Positions 37,258 through 47,749 of a DNA stretch of 64,000 bases are shown here, piece after piece. The DNA is from Sulfolobales archaeon (GTDB lineage Archaea > Thermoproteota > Thermoprotei_A > Sulfolobales > AG1). The notes under the pieces were generated by a model. It had not been told where the DNA came from. It saw nothing but the letters and a program-made list of their open reading frames with translations, and ran no database searches. The translations under genes and the position numbers were made by a program. Each line of letters starts with the position of its first letter. Position 1 is the first letter of the stretch. The stretch spans positions 998 to 64,997 of the forward strand of contig JBMFLZ010000002.1 of NCBI GenBank assembly GCA_049970935.1. The letters run 5' to 3'.

Positions 37258-38057
37258 CTAGGTGTTAGGATCCCTTCCGAGATTAAGTACTCGATTAATT
37301 TTGATACTTTCTCATTCATGTCCTTGCCCTCAATAATTAATCCTTTTCTAGAGACTTTTACCCCCTCATAATTCTTCTCCACTAATTGTTCAACGGATGT
37401 TATCCCAAGATCCTGTAGTTTATAGATTTTTAATGGTTTCTTCATGGCAGCCCTAATCTGCATTAATGTTGGTAGCTTGGGTGTGTTAATTTCCCTAGTG
37501 ACAGAAATCACTGCAGGTAAAGAGACTTCAGCAATCTCTAAATAATTCTCTAGATCTCTCTCAACAACTAATTTATTATCTTTATAGTCAATTTTTCTAG
37601 CAAAACCTATGTAGGGAAGATCTAGTTCAGAAGCTACTCTAGCTGGCACTTGAGAAGTGAAGTTATCAACTGTGGCCTCACCAGCTAATACAAGTTTTAC
37701 GTCTCCTATTCTTCTGATGACTTCAGCAATTATCTTAGCTGTGTAGTAACTATCTAGATCTACTATTTTCTCATCAGCTACTAGAATCGCTTCATCTGCT
37801 CCCAGAGCTAATATTTCTCTTAATAGATTCTGTGCCTCCTGTAATCTCTTGCTATAAGGTCCCCACGTAAGTACTGATATTGAAATTACCTTATCAAAGC
37901 CGTATTGTCTTATTCTATTAGCCTCCTCTAGAGCGTTTCGATCTATGTCACTAATCTTGAGAGGGATATCACTGAGTAAAGGCTTATTTGTTGAGGGATC
38001 AAATCTCATTTGACCAGTATCAATTGCTAATTTAACTAATACCGCAATAGAACTCAA
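37254..38057 (-). CDS. etfB: Electron transfer flavoprotein beta subunit
   Basis: Typical ETF-beta layout (VKLAIDTG..., NRNALEEA, LVLAGEATVD). Translationally coupled to etfA. Confidence 0.85.
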   Translation of the reverse strand: MSSIAVLVKLAIDTGQMRFDPSTNKPLLSDIPLKISDIDRNALEEANRIRQYGFDKVISISVLTWGPYSKRLQEAQNLLREILALGADEAILVADEKIVDLDSYYTAKIIAEVIRRIGDVKLVLAGEATVDNFTSQVPARVASELDLPYIGFARKIDYKDNKLVVERDLENYLEIAEVSLPAVISVTREINTPKLPTLMQIRAAMKKPLKIYKLQDLGITSVEQLVEKNYEGVKVSRKGLIIEGKDMNEKVSKLIEYLISEGILTPR

Positions 38058-38133
38058 AGAATATACCCCTCTAGTATTTTGGCTTAAATTTATTTAAAGA
38101 ATATAACTTATGTTATTTAATGAGGTATACTAG

Positions 38134-39159
38134 ATGGTTCTCAGAGAATTAGGCGTTGAGCTCCCGATTCTGCCAACAACTGTTATAGGTAGCTACCCTA
38201 GACCTAAGTGGCTTAGACATATTATTAGACTATATAGAGCAGGGAGAGTAGACGAGAAAGTACTCCAAGAATCTTTTGATGATGCTGTTTATGCCGTGGT
38301 TAGGGAGCAGGAGGAGGCTGGAGTAGATATACCTAGTGATGGTGAGATGAGAAGAGATGAGATGGTTGAGTATTTCGCTGAGAGGATTAAGGGTTTCAAA
38401 TTCTATGGTCCCGTGAGAGTTTGGGGAAATAATTTCTTTAATAAACCTGCCGTCGTTTCTAAACTAGAGTACGAGAAACCTATTGTAGTTAATGAGTATT
38501 TGTTCCTAAGAAAAGTAAGTACTAGAAAAGTTGTTAAAGTAACTATAACAGGACCTTACACAATAGCTGACTGGAGTTATAACGAGTATTACTCATCTAA
38601 GGAGGAGTTAGCTTTTGAATTAGCAAAAATAATTAATAGAGAGATAATCGAGTTAGAGAAAGCTGGAGCATTATTTATCCAGGTAGACGAACCAGCATTA
38701 ACAACTCATCCAGACGAGATGGAGTGGGCTGTTGAGGCTATAAATGAAGTTACTAGAGGTGTGAATATTAAGCTTGGTCTGCACGTTTGCTATAGTAACT
38801 ATGAGCTATTATCTAAGTATTTTGATAAACTAAACTTTAGTCAATTTGCTCTCGAGTTTGCTAATAGAGGTTTCAGAGATCTCGAAGTTCTGAAGAGATT
38901 AGGTGATAAAGAAATAGGTTTTGGTGTTATAGATGTTCACTCGAGAAGAATTGAGAGTGTAGATGAGGTTGTGAATGCTTTAAATAAAGTTTTTAGATAC
39001 GTAGATCCGGAGAGAGTCTACGTGAATCCTGACTGTGGTCTAAAGCTTTTACCTAGAGAAATTGCTAGGGCGAAACTAGAGGTTATGGTTAAAGGAGTTA
39101 ATATTGTTAGGGAGCAATTAAAAAGAAGAGGATTAGAGAAAATTGTTATGAGAGGATGA
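38134..39159 (+). CDS. metE: Cobalamin-independent methionine synthase, catalytic (C-terminal-type) domain
   Basis: TTVIGSYPRP, and Zn-ligand motifs LHVCYSN and NPDCGLK. Confidence 0.85.
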   Translation: MVLRELGVELPILPTTVIGSYPRPKWLRHIIRLYRAGRVDEKVLQESFDDAVYAVVREQEEAGVDIPSDGEMRRDEMVEYFAERIKGFKFYGPVRVWGNNFFNKPAVVSKLEYEKPIVVNEYLFLRKVSTRKVVKVTITGPYTIADWSYNEYYSSKEELAFELAKIINREIIELEKAGALFIQVDEPALTTHPDEMEWAVEAINEVTRGVNIKLGLHVCYSNYELLSKYFDKLNFSQFALEFANRGFRDLEVLKRLGDKEIGFGVIDVHSRRIESVDEVVNALNKVFRYVDPERVYVNPDCGLKLLPREIARAKLEVMVKGVNIVREQLKRRGLEKIVMRG

Positions 39160-39162
39160 ACC

Positions 39163-40137
39163 ATGATCCTTAGATCAATTATATTTGGTTCTATGCCTAG
39201 AAGTAGGAGGCTAGCCAGAGCAATATCTAGATATCAATCCAATAAAATAGATCTAGGAGCCCTAGAGGATATTTATAGAAAAGATCTTAGAAAATTCCTA
39301 GAGTACGTATACACAAGTAATATATATAGATCCAGTGATGGAATGTATCGATGGGACGACCTATTTAATCCACTAGCTAGCTACATGAATTTAGAGGTTG
39401 ATGGTCTCAGAAGATTCTATGATAACAACTTCTTTTTTAGACAACCCATATTTAATAAACCCATATCCTATGAGGAACCTAAGATAAGTAAAATAATGAT
39501 AAATGATATGAGAGCCATAGGATTCGGTGATAGATTAGAGAGAGTAAGTCTTACTTTCCCAGGTCCTCTTACATTAATCATGAACTCATTAATAGATGAA
39601 AGTTTATACACATCAAAGATAAGAGTTGGGGAAGAATACGTTGATAAAGTACTTATTAAAGAGTTAACTTATGCTTATAGAGAAGGTGTGAGACACGTAG
39701 ATCTTCATGAGCCAGAGATCGTTTTCTCGAAGCTTACCCCGGAGATTTTAGATCTATACAAGAGAATCGCTGAAAATTTCGGAGGAAACATATGGATTAT
39801 TGTTTACTTCGGCTATAATAGCGAAAATATTCAATTGCTAAAAAAATTATCTGAGGAAAAGAGAATAATACCTGTCGTAGATCTTGTCTCGACAAAACCT
39901 TCTATAGAGAAGGTTATTGAGGATCTAAGAGGGTTAAGAGAGTATGGAATAGGACTTCTTGATAGCAGAAATACCAAGATGGAGAGTTTGAAAGAATTAA
40001 GATCTGTTATAGAAAGATTTGAGAAAGAGTCTCGAGATACTGAATATATATACATAACGCATAATACAAATCTGGAGTTCTTACCAGAGAAAATAGCTTT
40101 TAGAAAAATTAAATTACTTAGTAGACTACTCTCTTAG
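39163..40137 (+). CDS. MetE N-terminal-type domain protein (non-catalytic half of split MetE)
   Basis: Same (beta/alpha)8-like length and start (IIFGSMPRS), but it lacks the His/Cys zinc ligands. Lies 3 nt after metE. Confidence 0.6.
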   Translation: MILRSIIFGSMPRSRRLARAISRYQSNKIDLGALEDIYRKDLRKFLEYVYTSNIYRSSDGMYRWDDLFNPLASYMNLEVDGLRRFYDNNFFFRQPIFNKPISYEEPKISKIMINDMRAIGFGDRLERVSLTFPGPLTLIMNSLIDESLYTSKIRVGEEYVDKVLIKELTYAYREGVRHVDLHEPEIVFSKLTPEILDLYKRIAENFGGNIWIIVYFGYNSENIQLLKKLSEEKRIIPVVDLVSTKPSIEKVIEDLRGLREYGIGLLDSRNTKMESLKELRSVIERFEKESRDTEYIYITHNTNLEFLPEKIAFRKIKLLSRLLS

Positions 40138-40995
40138 TTGCTTTGTTGGGTGCTTATTATAGAAAGAACAAAGAAGAGATCTCTATTAAATAAAATATTT
40201 TCTCGTGTAGCAAAACAGATTTTCTTACTATTTCTTAGACCTGTGTATAAAGTGTATGAGTGGAAACTCTATAGAGAAATAAGAAATGGTCCTATGCCTA
40301 GACATGTAGCGATAATCCCCGATGGTAATAGACGTTGGGCAAGTATAATGGGTTTTGAAAAGAGTTATGGCCACTTATTTGGCTATAATAAGATGAAGGA
40401 GGTTCTTCAATGGCTTAATGATCTAGGGATCAAAGCAGTAACAATATACGCTATGTCTTATGAAAACTGTTTGTATCGATCTCCTGAAGAAAAAGAGAAT
40501 CTTTTTAACTTAATAAATAAAGGTCTAATTGAACTCGGTGAATACGTGGACAAATACAGAGTGAAGGTTAAGGTTTTAGGTAGACTAGATCTTGTTCCAG
40601 AAGAAATTGTTAGAAACGCGAAGTATATTGAGAACAAAAGCTCTGTTTATAACGATAGAATTCTTAACATACTACTCTGCTACGGAGGAAGACAAGAAAT
40701 TATTGATGCAATAAAAAACCTCTACGAGGATATCATTAAAGGAGTTATAGATATCGAGAAATTAAATGAAGAAACATTATCAAAGTATCTCTACACAGGC
40801 TTTATGGGAGATCTACAAGAACCTGACTTAGTAATTAGAACATCTGGTGAAATTAGAATAAGCAATTTTCTTCTTTGGCAATCAGCTTATTCAGAATTGT
40901 TTTTCTGCGAGGCGCTCTGGCCTGAGTTCAGAAAAATAGATCTTTACAGAGCTATAAGATCTTTTCAGAGAAGAGAGAGAAGATTTGGTAGGTAG
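40138..40995 (+). CDS. uppS: Undecaprenyl/cis-prenyl diphosphate synthase
   Basis: HVAIIPDGNRRWA, and RTSGEIRISNFLLWQSAYSE. Start uncertain (TTG at 40138). Confidence 0.85.
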   Translation: MLCWVLIIERTKKRSLLNKIFSRVAKQIFLLFLRPVYKVYEWKLYREIRNGPMPRHVAIIPDGNRRWASIMGFEKSYGHLFGYNKMKEVLQWLNDLGIKAVTIYAMSYENCLYRSPEEKENLFNLINKGLIELGEYVDKYRVKVKVLGRLDLVPEEIVRNAKYIENKSSVYNDRILNILLCYGGRQEIIDAIKNLYEDIIKGVIDIEKLNEETLSKYLYTGFMGDLQEPDLVIRTSGEIRISNFLLWQSAYSELFFCEALWPEFRKIDLYRAIRSFQRRERRFGR

Positions 40996-41027
40996 TATCT
41001 AAACAGCCTACAGTAGCTATTTGTGTT

Positions 41028-42080
41028 CTATTTTTTCTTAAACCATTTATCTAAGCCACTGGTCTTAGTCGATGTTTTGATGGCTTTCTCCAGTCTCTCA
41101 ATATGTTTTTCGACTCTATCTCTTGAAAATTCGTATTCTTCAACTAATATCTCTATTATCTTCGCTGCGTCAGGTTCTCTCCACTCTAGTTTATAGTTAG
41201 ACGTGGTGGGGGGGTTAAGAAAGAATTTTTTGATCTCCATTGGATCTACTGGAAATGTGGCTTTAGGTAGAAATTTAAGTGCTTTCTCAAGTGAGCCATA
41301 AGTCTTTATTATCTGAAGAGCTGTTTTAGGACCTACGCCCTCAACGCCGTCTGGATTATAATCTGTCCCTATTAATATCCCTATATCAATGAGTTGTTCT
41401 CGGGATAAACCTAGATTCTTCAAAAGATCATCTAATACTATGAGCTCAGGTAAGAGCTCCACATAAACATCCTTACCAGGTAATTTTCTTTTTCCTGTTA
41501 TGGTAAGGTTCCTAACTAGTCTAGGTGAACCAAATAATAATGAATCATAATCTTGACTGGCACTAGCCCAAACATCTCCTTTAGCCGCCATATATGCTGC
41601 TTGAGCTTCGCCCTCTGATGGTGCCTGCACCCATGGTATACCCATAGCATCTAATAATTTCTTAGATGCTTCAACCATTTCATTGGTTAATTTAGATGTT
41701 GCTTGAGCATACTTTCTCATTGCTTCAATATCACCTCTTTCTCTCGCCTCTCTATACTTCTCCTCGGCTTTTTGTTTTTGAATGCTTCTTGATAAGATCT
41801 CACTATACTTGATCTCAGGAGGTTTTCCATCGAATACATAAACAGGCTTGATTCCTTCCTCAATTATATTAATTGTTCTATAAAAAAGACCCGATAAGTG
41901 ACTTGTTACTCTACCCTTACTATCCATCAGAGGAGTTCCATCAGGCTGTCTAATAGCTGATAAAAATTGATATAGTGTGTTGTAAGCGTCTATAGCGATT
42001 ATCTTACCACTTAACTCCCTTAGATCAGATATTTCCTTAATTACCTTCTCAGGAATAATATCTCTTAGATTAACACCCAT
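41028..42080 (-). CDS. fen: Flap endonuclease 1
   Basis: [10 protein letters not shown], the XPG-N/I motifs ([28 protein letters not shown]), and a C-terminal PIP-like GLDKWF. Confidence 0.95.
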   Translation of the reverse strand: MGVNLRDIIPEKVIKEISDLRELSGKIIAIDAYNTLYQFLSAIRQPDGTPLMDSKGRVTSHLSGLFYRTINIIEEGIKPVYVFDGKPPEIKYSEILSRSIQKQKAEEKYREARERGDIEAMRKYAQATSKLTNEMVEASKKLLDAMGIPWVQAPSEGEAQAAYMAAKGDVWASASQDYDSLLFGSPRLVRNLTITGKRKLPGKDVYVELLPELIVLDDLLKNLGLSREQLIDIGILIGTDYNPDGVEGVGPKTALQIIKTYGSLEKALKFLPKATFPVDPMEIKKFFLNPPTTSNYKLEWREPDAAKIIEILVEEYEFSRDRVEKHIERLEKAIKTSTKTSGLDKWFKKK

Positions 42081-42203
42081 AACGTGTATCCAATTAAAAT
42101 AATCACTATCTGAGATAAATAAAAAATTATTTTTAGAGGATTATACCGTATCGTATAATTAATAACTCGATATTTAAAAAATGTATGGTGACAAATTTTT
42201 ACT

Positions 42204-43295
42204 ATCAAAGTTCCATTACATGATCTATTAGTAGAACTTGGTGGAGACATGGGTGAGTTCGCAGGTTTTAGAACAGCTATGAGCTACGGTGATCCCTTAG
42301 GAGAGCATATGGCAGTCAGAGAGACCCTCGCAGTTTTTGACATAAGTCATATGGGTAGAATTCTTGTTGAAGGAGAATCATCTTTTGAACTTTTGAACAA
42401 ATTGCTACCAAAGGATCTCTCTAAATCAAAGAATCAAAGAATGTTTGGACCTACAGCTTTTCTTAACGAGAATGGAGGTTTTAAAGATGATGTTATGTTG
42501 TATAGATTTGACGAGGATAAGTGGTTAATTGTGTGTAACGCTATTAATCGTGATAAAGTTCTTAGGTGGTTGAATGAGTGGATTCAAAGACTTTCGTATT
42601 CAAAGATCTCTGTGAGAGACCTCACACTAGAAAAAGCTATGTTAGCTGTGCAAGGTCCTCAAGCTAAGGATTATATTGCTAAGATAAGAGGTTTAGAAAG
42701 TGGTTTATCTTTACAACCACTAGAATTTATCTCTAATGTTTCTACGGAATATGGTTTAGTTGATGTTGTTAGTCGCAGTGGTTGGACTGGTGAAGATGGT
42801 TTTGAGATTATTGGGGACCCATCTGTTATTGGGAGAATACTTAAGAGATTCAAGGAATTAGGTGTGAGATTAGCTGGTTTAATTGCTAGAGATACTCTTA
42901 GACTAGAGATGGGTTATGTTCTTTATGGAAATGATATTAATGAAGAGATAAATCCGTACGAGGCAAGATACTGGGTATTCGATAAAGAAAAAAGAGACTG
43001 CGTAGGGTGCGAAGCATTAAAAGATTTCGCGAGAAAAGGTGTTTCAAGAGTCAGATATGGTATTAGAATGAAAAAAGGTTCTAAAATGATTCCTAGAACA
43101 GGTTATGAGATAGTTTATGAGGGAGAGACTATTGGATACGTCACGAGCGGAGGCTATTCACCATATCTTGAGAGAGGTATAGGAATGGGTTATATAAGAT
43201 CCTCACACGCTTTACCAGGTCTTGACGTAGAAATAAGGTTTAAGAATAGATCTGATGAAGCAAGAATTCTAGATTTCCCACTAATTAAAAAATAA
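42204..43295 (+). CDS. gcvT: Glycine cleavage system T protein (aminomethyltransferase)
   Basis: FDISHMGRI, RSGWTGEDGFEI and ARDTLRLE. The first ATG is at 42249, but the conserved PLHDLLVELGGDM lies upstream in frame, after the TGA at 42189. 42204 is an ATC. Start uncertain. Confidence 0.9.
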   Translation: MKVPLHDLLVELGGDMGEFAGFRTAMSYGDPLGEHMAVRETLAVFDISHMGRILVEGESSFELLNKLLPKDLSKSKNQRMFGPTAFLNENGGFKDDVMLYRFDEDKWLIVCNAINRDKVLRWLNEWIQRLSYSKISVRDLTLEKAMLAVQGPQAKDYIAKIRGLESGLSLQPLEFISNVSTEYGLVDVVSRSGWTGEDGFEIIGDPSVIGRILKRFKELGVRLAGLIARDTLRLEMGYVLYGNDINEEINPYEARYWVFDKEKRDCVGCEALKDFARKGVSRVRYGIRMKKGSKMIPRTGYEIVYEGETIGYVTSGGYSPYLERGIGMGYIRSSHALPGLDVEIRFKNRSDEARILDFPLIKK

Positions 43296-43337
43296 TTTAA
43301 AAAAGAAGTGAAATGTTATAAGCCTACGTGAATACTA

Positions 43338-43772
43338 TTGGCGGTGATTGTATTGAGTGGTGAAAGTGATTTAATAGTTAAGAATTATAGGATCCCGAGA
43401 AACCTTCTCTATACAAAGGATGATGAGTGGATCAGAATAGAAAATGATATAGCTGTTATAGGGATCACAGACTACGCTCAAAAGAAGCTTAAGAACATAA
43501 TCTCGATAGAACTACCAGATGTAAATAAGAAAGTTTCGAGAGGAGAAGTAATCGCTACAATAGAGAGTGTTAAAGCCGTTGCGGATGTCTATTCACCATT
43601 AACAGGTATCATCATAGATGTGAATGAGATATTGAGAGATGCACCAGAAAAAATAAATCACGACCCCTATGGAGAGGGTTGGATAGCTAAAATTAAAATA
43701 GAGACTCGAGATGAGATAAAGCATCTCTTAAGCCCCGAAGAATATGCTAAAAAAATAGCTGAGTCAGAGTAG
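43338..43772 (+). CDS. gcvH: Glycine cleavage system H protein
   Basis: LLYTKDDEWI, and the lipoyl-lysine motif IESVKAVADVYSPLTG. TTG/GTG start uncertain. Confidence 0.9.
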   Translation: MAVIVLSGESDLIVKNYRIPRNLLYTKDDEWIRIENDIAVIGITDYAQKKLKNIISIELPDVNKKVSRGEVIATIESVKAVADVYSPLTGIIIDVNEILRDAPEKINHDPYGEGWIAKIKIETRDEIKHLLSPEEYAKKIAESE

Positions 43773-43868
43773 CACCTTTTAGAAAAACTTCTCACTTTAT
43801 CTGGCTACACAGATAAAAATTCTCTCTTTAAAAATAAAAGAGTTATGGTAGTACAAATATTAAATGGA

Positions 43869-43972
<104 letters not shown>

Positions 43973-44023
43973 CTATGATACAGAGTAATTTATCACGATC
44001 CATAGGTATAAACCCCTGTTAGT

Positions 44024-44533
44024 TTATTTATTTATGATTACGTTGATCTGTTTGTATTCTCTGATTCTTTCTTCAATTAACCTAACCCAATTAGGAATTC
44101 GTATATTACTTATTATTCTGCTTGGCGTGTAAGGTTTGATATCTAGAACAGGTGTCCCGTCGAATAAGTCGAGATTCTTCACGTAGAGGATATTTTTATC
44201 TATCTTTATTAGTTCTACTATAGTTAACGCTATTGGATTAGGTCTGTGAGGACTATCAGATGCAAATACCCCTATCTCAGGCAACTCCTCTAGACTAAAT
44301 CCTAGTCTAATAGCTCTTCTCGGTTTAACTACTAAAGTTTTTCTCTGATGATCGGTTACTTTATGGAGGTAAGCAATCACTATTATATGTGAAAATTCTT
44401 CTATGCCTCTTAAACCATCTCTATACTCCTCAAGGATCTCAATGTATCCTTCCACGCCCTCCCAACTATTTCTTATTTGATCGTCGGAGTATCTAGTTCT
44501 AACAAATCCTATTGGTCTTAATTCAATTATCAA
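44024..44533 (-). CDS. TrmO/TsaA-family tRNA methyltransferase-like protein
   Basis: RPIGFVRT at the N-terminus, SPHRPNPIALT, and DGTPVLDIKPY. Confidence 0.8.
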   Translation of the reverse strand: MIIELRPIGFVRTRYSDDQIRNSWEGVEGYIEILEEYRDGLRGIEEFSHIIVIAYLHKVTDHQRKTLVVKPRRAIRLGFSLEELPEIGVFASDSPHRPNPIALTIVELIKIDKNILYVKNLDLFDGTPVLDIKPYTPSRIISNIRIPNWVRLIEERIREYKQINVIINK

Positions 44534-44548
44534 TGATCCGCACCCTCT

Positions 44549-45439
44549 CTAAGGCGGCTCTACACCATAAATCTTTACTATATTATCTATATTAATTATA
44601 TGCAAAACATCTCTATCAACTACACCTTCATTCAAGGCTTTCATGCTATTACTGATTATCTCCCAAGGATACATTGGTCTACCAGGTCTCTCAGGATCAT
44701 CTAAAAAATCACTTTCATAGACGTAATTAATGATCTTTATATCTTTTATACTCTCAATGATTTGATAGAGAGCAGGAACCGTAGCCACCAAACCCAGCTC
44801 CATAGAGGGCCTCAGATTCTTAGGTTTAGCATGATGCATAACTATTCTCCAAGGGTTAAGAGAGTATCTACGTATCTTTTTATATATATCGTATGCTGTG
44901 ATCCATCCGCCTTCCTCAAGATGTAAATGTATCAATAAGTCATAGTCTTTAGCTATCTCAAGTACTGACTCAAAAATATTTTCTGCTAAAACCATGTACT
45001 CTGGAGGAACTTTGTAGTGAGGCCTACCGATCTCTGCTAATCCATCTAATAAACCTCTTTTAATTAGATTCGCTACATGTCTCACCCAATTAATAGATAT
45101 ATTATAGACCTTCTGAGGATCTATTTTTAAAAAGTCTATCATCTTATCGATCATCCCTGGGTGATAACCACCTAAACAAACTATTTTTATACCTTCTACT
45201 CTCTTTGCTTTCTCGCACTCTCTTAAAAGAACCTCTAGTGATTTCTCAAACCCTTCCTCACTAGGTTGAAGACCTAAGCTAGTGGGTGGCAGACCTACTA
45301 AAGCCATGAACCATCCACCACTTTCCTTGAATTTTCTCGCTATATACTCAGCACCGTAGCCCTTGAGGGGATTGCTGTGAAAATGGGCATCAGCGAATAA
45401 GAGATCTTTGTGAATCCCACTGACACCTTTTATATTCAA
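44549..45439 (-). CDS. TatD-like / amidohydrolase-superfamily metal-dependent hydrolase
   Basis: ADAHFH (HxH) at the N-terminus, with later His/Glu/Asp positions (HLHLEE, MHHAK, ESD) in TIM-barrel spacing. Confidence 0.55.
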   Translation of the reverse strand: MNIKGVSGIHKDLLFADAHFHSNPLKGYGAEYIARKFKESGGWFMALVGLPPTSLGLQPSEEGFEKSLEVLLRECEKAKRVEGIKIVCLGGYHPGMIDKMIDFLKIDPQKVYNISINWVRHVANLIKRGLLDGLAEIGRPHYKVPPEYMVLAENIFESVLEIAKDYDLLIHLHLEEGGWITAYDIYKKIRRYSLNPWRIVMHHAKPKNLRPSMELGLVATVPALYQIIESIKDIKIINYVYESDFLDDPERPGRPMYPWEIISNSMKALNEGVVDRDVLHIINIDNIVKIYGVEPP

Positions 45440-45509
45440 TGCATATTCACTCTCTATATCAGATTTGTTTATGAGTTAGTTAAAGAAATATTTATGAGGT
45501 CTCCGCCAC

Positions 45510-46304
45510 ATGGTTCTCGTAAGTATTGATCTACTAGAGAAGAAGTTAAAACAATACCCACTAATATCTGAGGCATATAAGATACTAGAGAGAGATGAAG
45601 AGGTCCAGGAACTTTTGAGAATGAGTAATATTTTCGCTGTGACTAGGCTCAAGTACAATGATCACGGACCGGTTCACGCACGCATAGTCTCTGGTTCCGC
45701 TCTGGAGATCTTTGATCTGCTAGTATCAGCCGGCGTTCAACCAACTACCGTCAGAGATAGAACATCTGAGAATATAGATGAGGCCAGATTAATTGTTTTT
45801 CTAGGAGCATATTTACATGACATCGGAAATTCTATTCATCGAAGCAATCATGAATTAATTGGGGCTCTGCTATCCAAGGATATAGTTAATAGAGTGCTAG
45901 ACTCACTAGGCATAAGAGGTAGAAGAGCAATATCACTAAGACAAGAAGTTCTTCACGCAATTTACTCAACCGAGTACTCTGTTAAGTGTTTAACAGTTGA
46001 GGCGGGCATCGTGAAAATAGCTGATGGAACAGATATGTCTATGGGCAGAGCGAGAATACCATATAAATTAGGTAAAGTGGATATGCATGCGATGTCTGCT
46101 TTATCAATTAGATCCGTTGATATAGATAGAGGTAGGGAGAGACCTGTGAAAATAAATGTCTATATGAATGATTACGCTGGATTGTTTCAAATAGAGGAGG
46201 TATTAATGCCTAAGATACTTACTAGCTCAATAGAGAATTACTTTGAAATATGGATCTCCTTAGGCGAGAAACTCACTCAGTACTATCCATCAACTACTAA
46301 GTAG
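45510..46304 (+). CDS. HD-domain phosphohydrolase
   Basis: HGPVHA ... AYLHDIGNSIHR (H...HD...). Confidence 0.75.
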   Translation: MVLVSIDLLEKKLKQYPLISEAYKILERDEEVQELLRMSNIFAVTRLKYNDHGPVHARIVSGSALEIFDLLVSAGVQPTTVRDRTSENIDEARLIVFLGAYLHDIGNSIHRSNHELIGALLSKDIVNRVLDSLGIRGRRAISLRQEVLHAIYSTEYSVKCLTVEAGIVKIADGTDMSMGRARIPYKLGKVDMHAMSALSIRSVDIDRGRERPVKINVYMNDYAGLFQIEEVLMPKILTSSIENYFEIWISLGEKLTQYYPSTTK

Positions 46305-46983
46305 CTTTAAAAATTATCTTAGTACCGATATTCTCTCCATTGAGCACCCTAATAACGTTATAAGGGTCTTTACCACTGATAATCACAGTATTGATCTTGC
46401 TTCTCTCAATAATATTGAGAGCAACCGGATCAATTAATTCATAACCCCCTGCCTTAAAACTCTGAGAACCTTTCATAAGCTCTCTCAAGGTATCCACAGA
46501 AACCTCTCTCAAAAGTTTCGCATCTGGTTTAGAAGGATCTTTATCATACACTCCTTCAACAACTGTAGCGTATATTAGAAGATCTGTGTGCAAAACCTCT
46601 GCTATAGACGCAGCAACAGCGATTGTTGATTGCCCAGGCTGAAGACCTCCTGTAATAACTATTTTTCCCGTTGCCCAAGCCTCAAGAATCTCATCGAAAC
46701 TCCTAGGAATCTTTCTATAAGCAATATCACCTAGAGAAGTAGCTAATAACATAGCATTTACTCTTGTCATCTCTATTCCGATAAGATCACACAATCCCTC
46801 ATTCTTTGTTATTTCTCTACACGTATTAATGTAACTTCTCGCTTTTTCTCCACCACCTACGACAACAAGGATCCTCAGACCTCTACTATGTAGTTCTCTA
46901 AGGATCTCGATGTATTTCTCTAAAAGTTCTTTTTTATCAGGATCAATTAATTTTCCACTGATCTTAATTATAACACTCTTCAT
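46297..46983 (-). CDS. pyrH: Uridylate kinase (archaeal type)
   Basis: IKISGKLI, VVVGGG, and the amino-acid-kinase fold pattern TVVEGVYDKDP. Confidence 0.9.
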   Translation of the reverse strand: MKSVIIKISGKLIDPDKKELLEKYIEILRELHSRGLRILVVVGGGEKARSYINTCREITKNEGLCDLIGIEMTRVNAMLLATSLGDIAYRKIPRSFDEILEAWATGKIVITGGLQPGQSTIAVAASIAEVLHTDLLIYATVVEGVYDKDPSKPDAKLLREVSVDTLRELMKGSQSFKAGGYELIDPVALNIIERSKINTVIISGKDPYNVIRVLNGENIGTKIIFKAT

Positions 46984-46996
46984 AAATCTCTATACC

Positions 46997-47728
46997 CTAT
47001 CTAGATAAAACTTCTTCTTCATATAAAGATTTCTTTCTATCATACTCCTCTCTAGACATAATAATTCTCGCAGGAACCCCTGCCACAACAGAGTTCTCGG
47101 GAACATCTCGTATCACGACAGCACCGGCTGCTACAACAGAGTTTCTTCCAATCTTGATACCAGCGACTATTGTACTATTTGCTCCAATAACTACATTATC
47201 CTCGACTAATGTCTCAATCAGTCTCCTACTGGGAGGATATCTATCATTCGTGAATACAGCTCTGGGTCCTATAAACACATTATTCCCAATAATAACTTTT
47301 GGGGGGATGTATACTCCTGATTGAATACTCACATTCTCTCCTATTACAACATCTCCATCAATTATTGTTCCTGTACCCACAATACTATTTCTCCCGATCT
47401 TTGTATTTTCTCTGATCAATACATTATGACCTATTCTCGTATTATCTCCTATGTGAACCTTTTCATAAATCACTGAATGAGATCTTATAATTACACCTGA
47501 GCCTATGTATGCTCCATCGCCGTACTCCACAAGATCTTTTTTTGAAATCAATTTCTCTTTCATATAGATCTCAATAGTTCCTCTGGTGGGGAAGCCTACT
47601 TCCACATAATCAAATATTAATACATTATCCTCAATAATACTTCTACCATAGATCTTTGAGGTAGGGGATACATAAGCACTCTTGATCATGGCACGAGATG
47701 ATATCACTTTGTTATCCCCAATCAACAT
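46997..47728 (-). CDS. Left-handed beta-helix (hexapeptide-repeat) acyl/acetyltransferase
   Basis: Repeated [LIV]-G-x-x-x-x hexapeptides throughout (IGDNTRIGHNVLI, IGRNSIVGTGTII, IGENVSIQSGVYI). Confidence 0.8.
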   Translation of the reverse strand: MLIGDNKVISSRAMIKSAYVSPTSKIYGRSIIEDNVLIFDYVEVGFPTRGTIEIYMKEKLISKKDLVEYGDGAYIGSGVIIRSHSVIYEKVHIGDNTRIGHNVLIRENTKIGRNSIVGTGTIIDGDVVIGENVSIQSGVYIPPKVIIGNNVFIGPRAVFTNDRYPPSRRLIETLVEDNVVIGANSTIVAGIKIGRNSVVAAGAVVIRDVPENSVVAGVPARIIMSREEYDRKKSLYEEEVLSR

Positions 47729-47749
47729 TTTATAAGCGTTTATTATATC

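Noticed and set aside
42181-42231. Upstream ATG at 42181 (MYGDKFLLSKFHYMIY*) plus a -1 frameshift on AAATTTTTA to enter the gcvT frame
   Set aside because: The codon phasing does not give an X_XXY_YYZ slippery heptamer in the upstream frame, and no downstream structure is evident. A leaderless near-cognate start is more economical.
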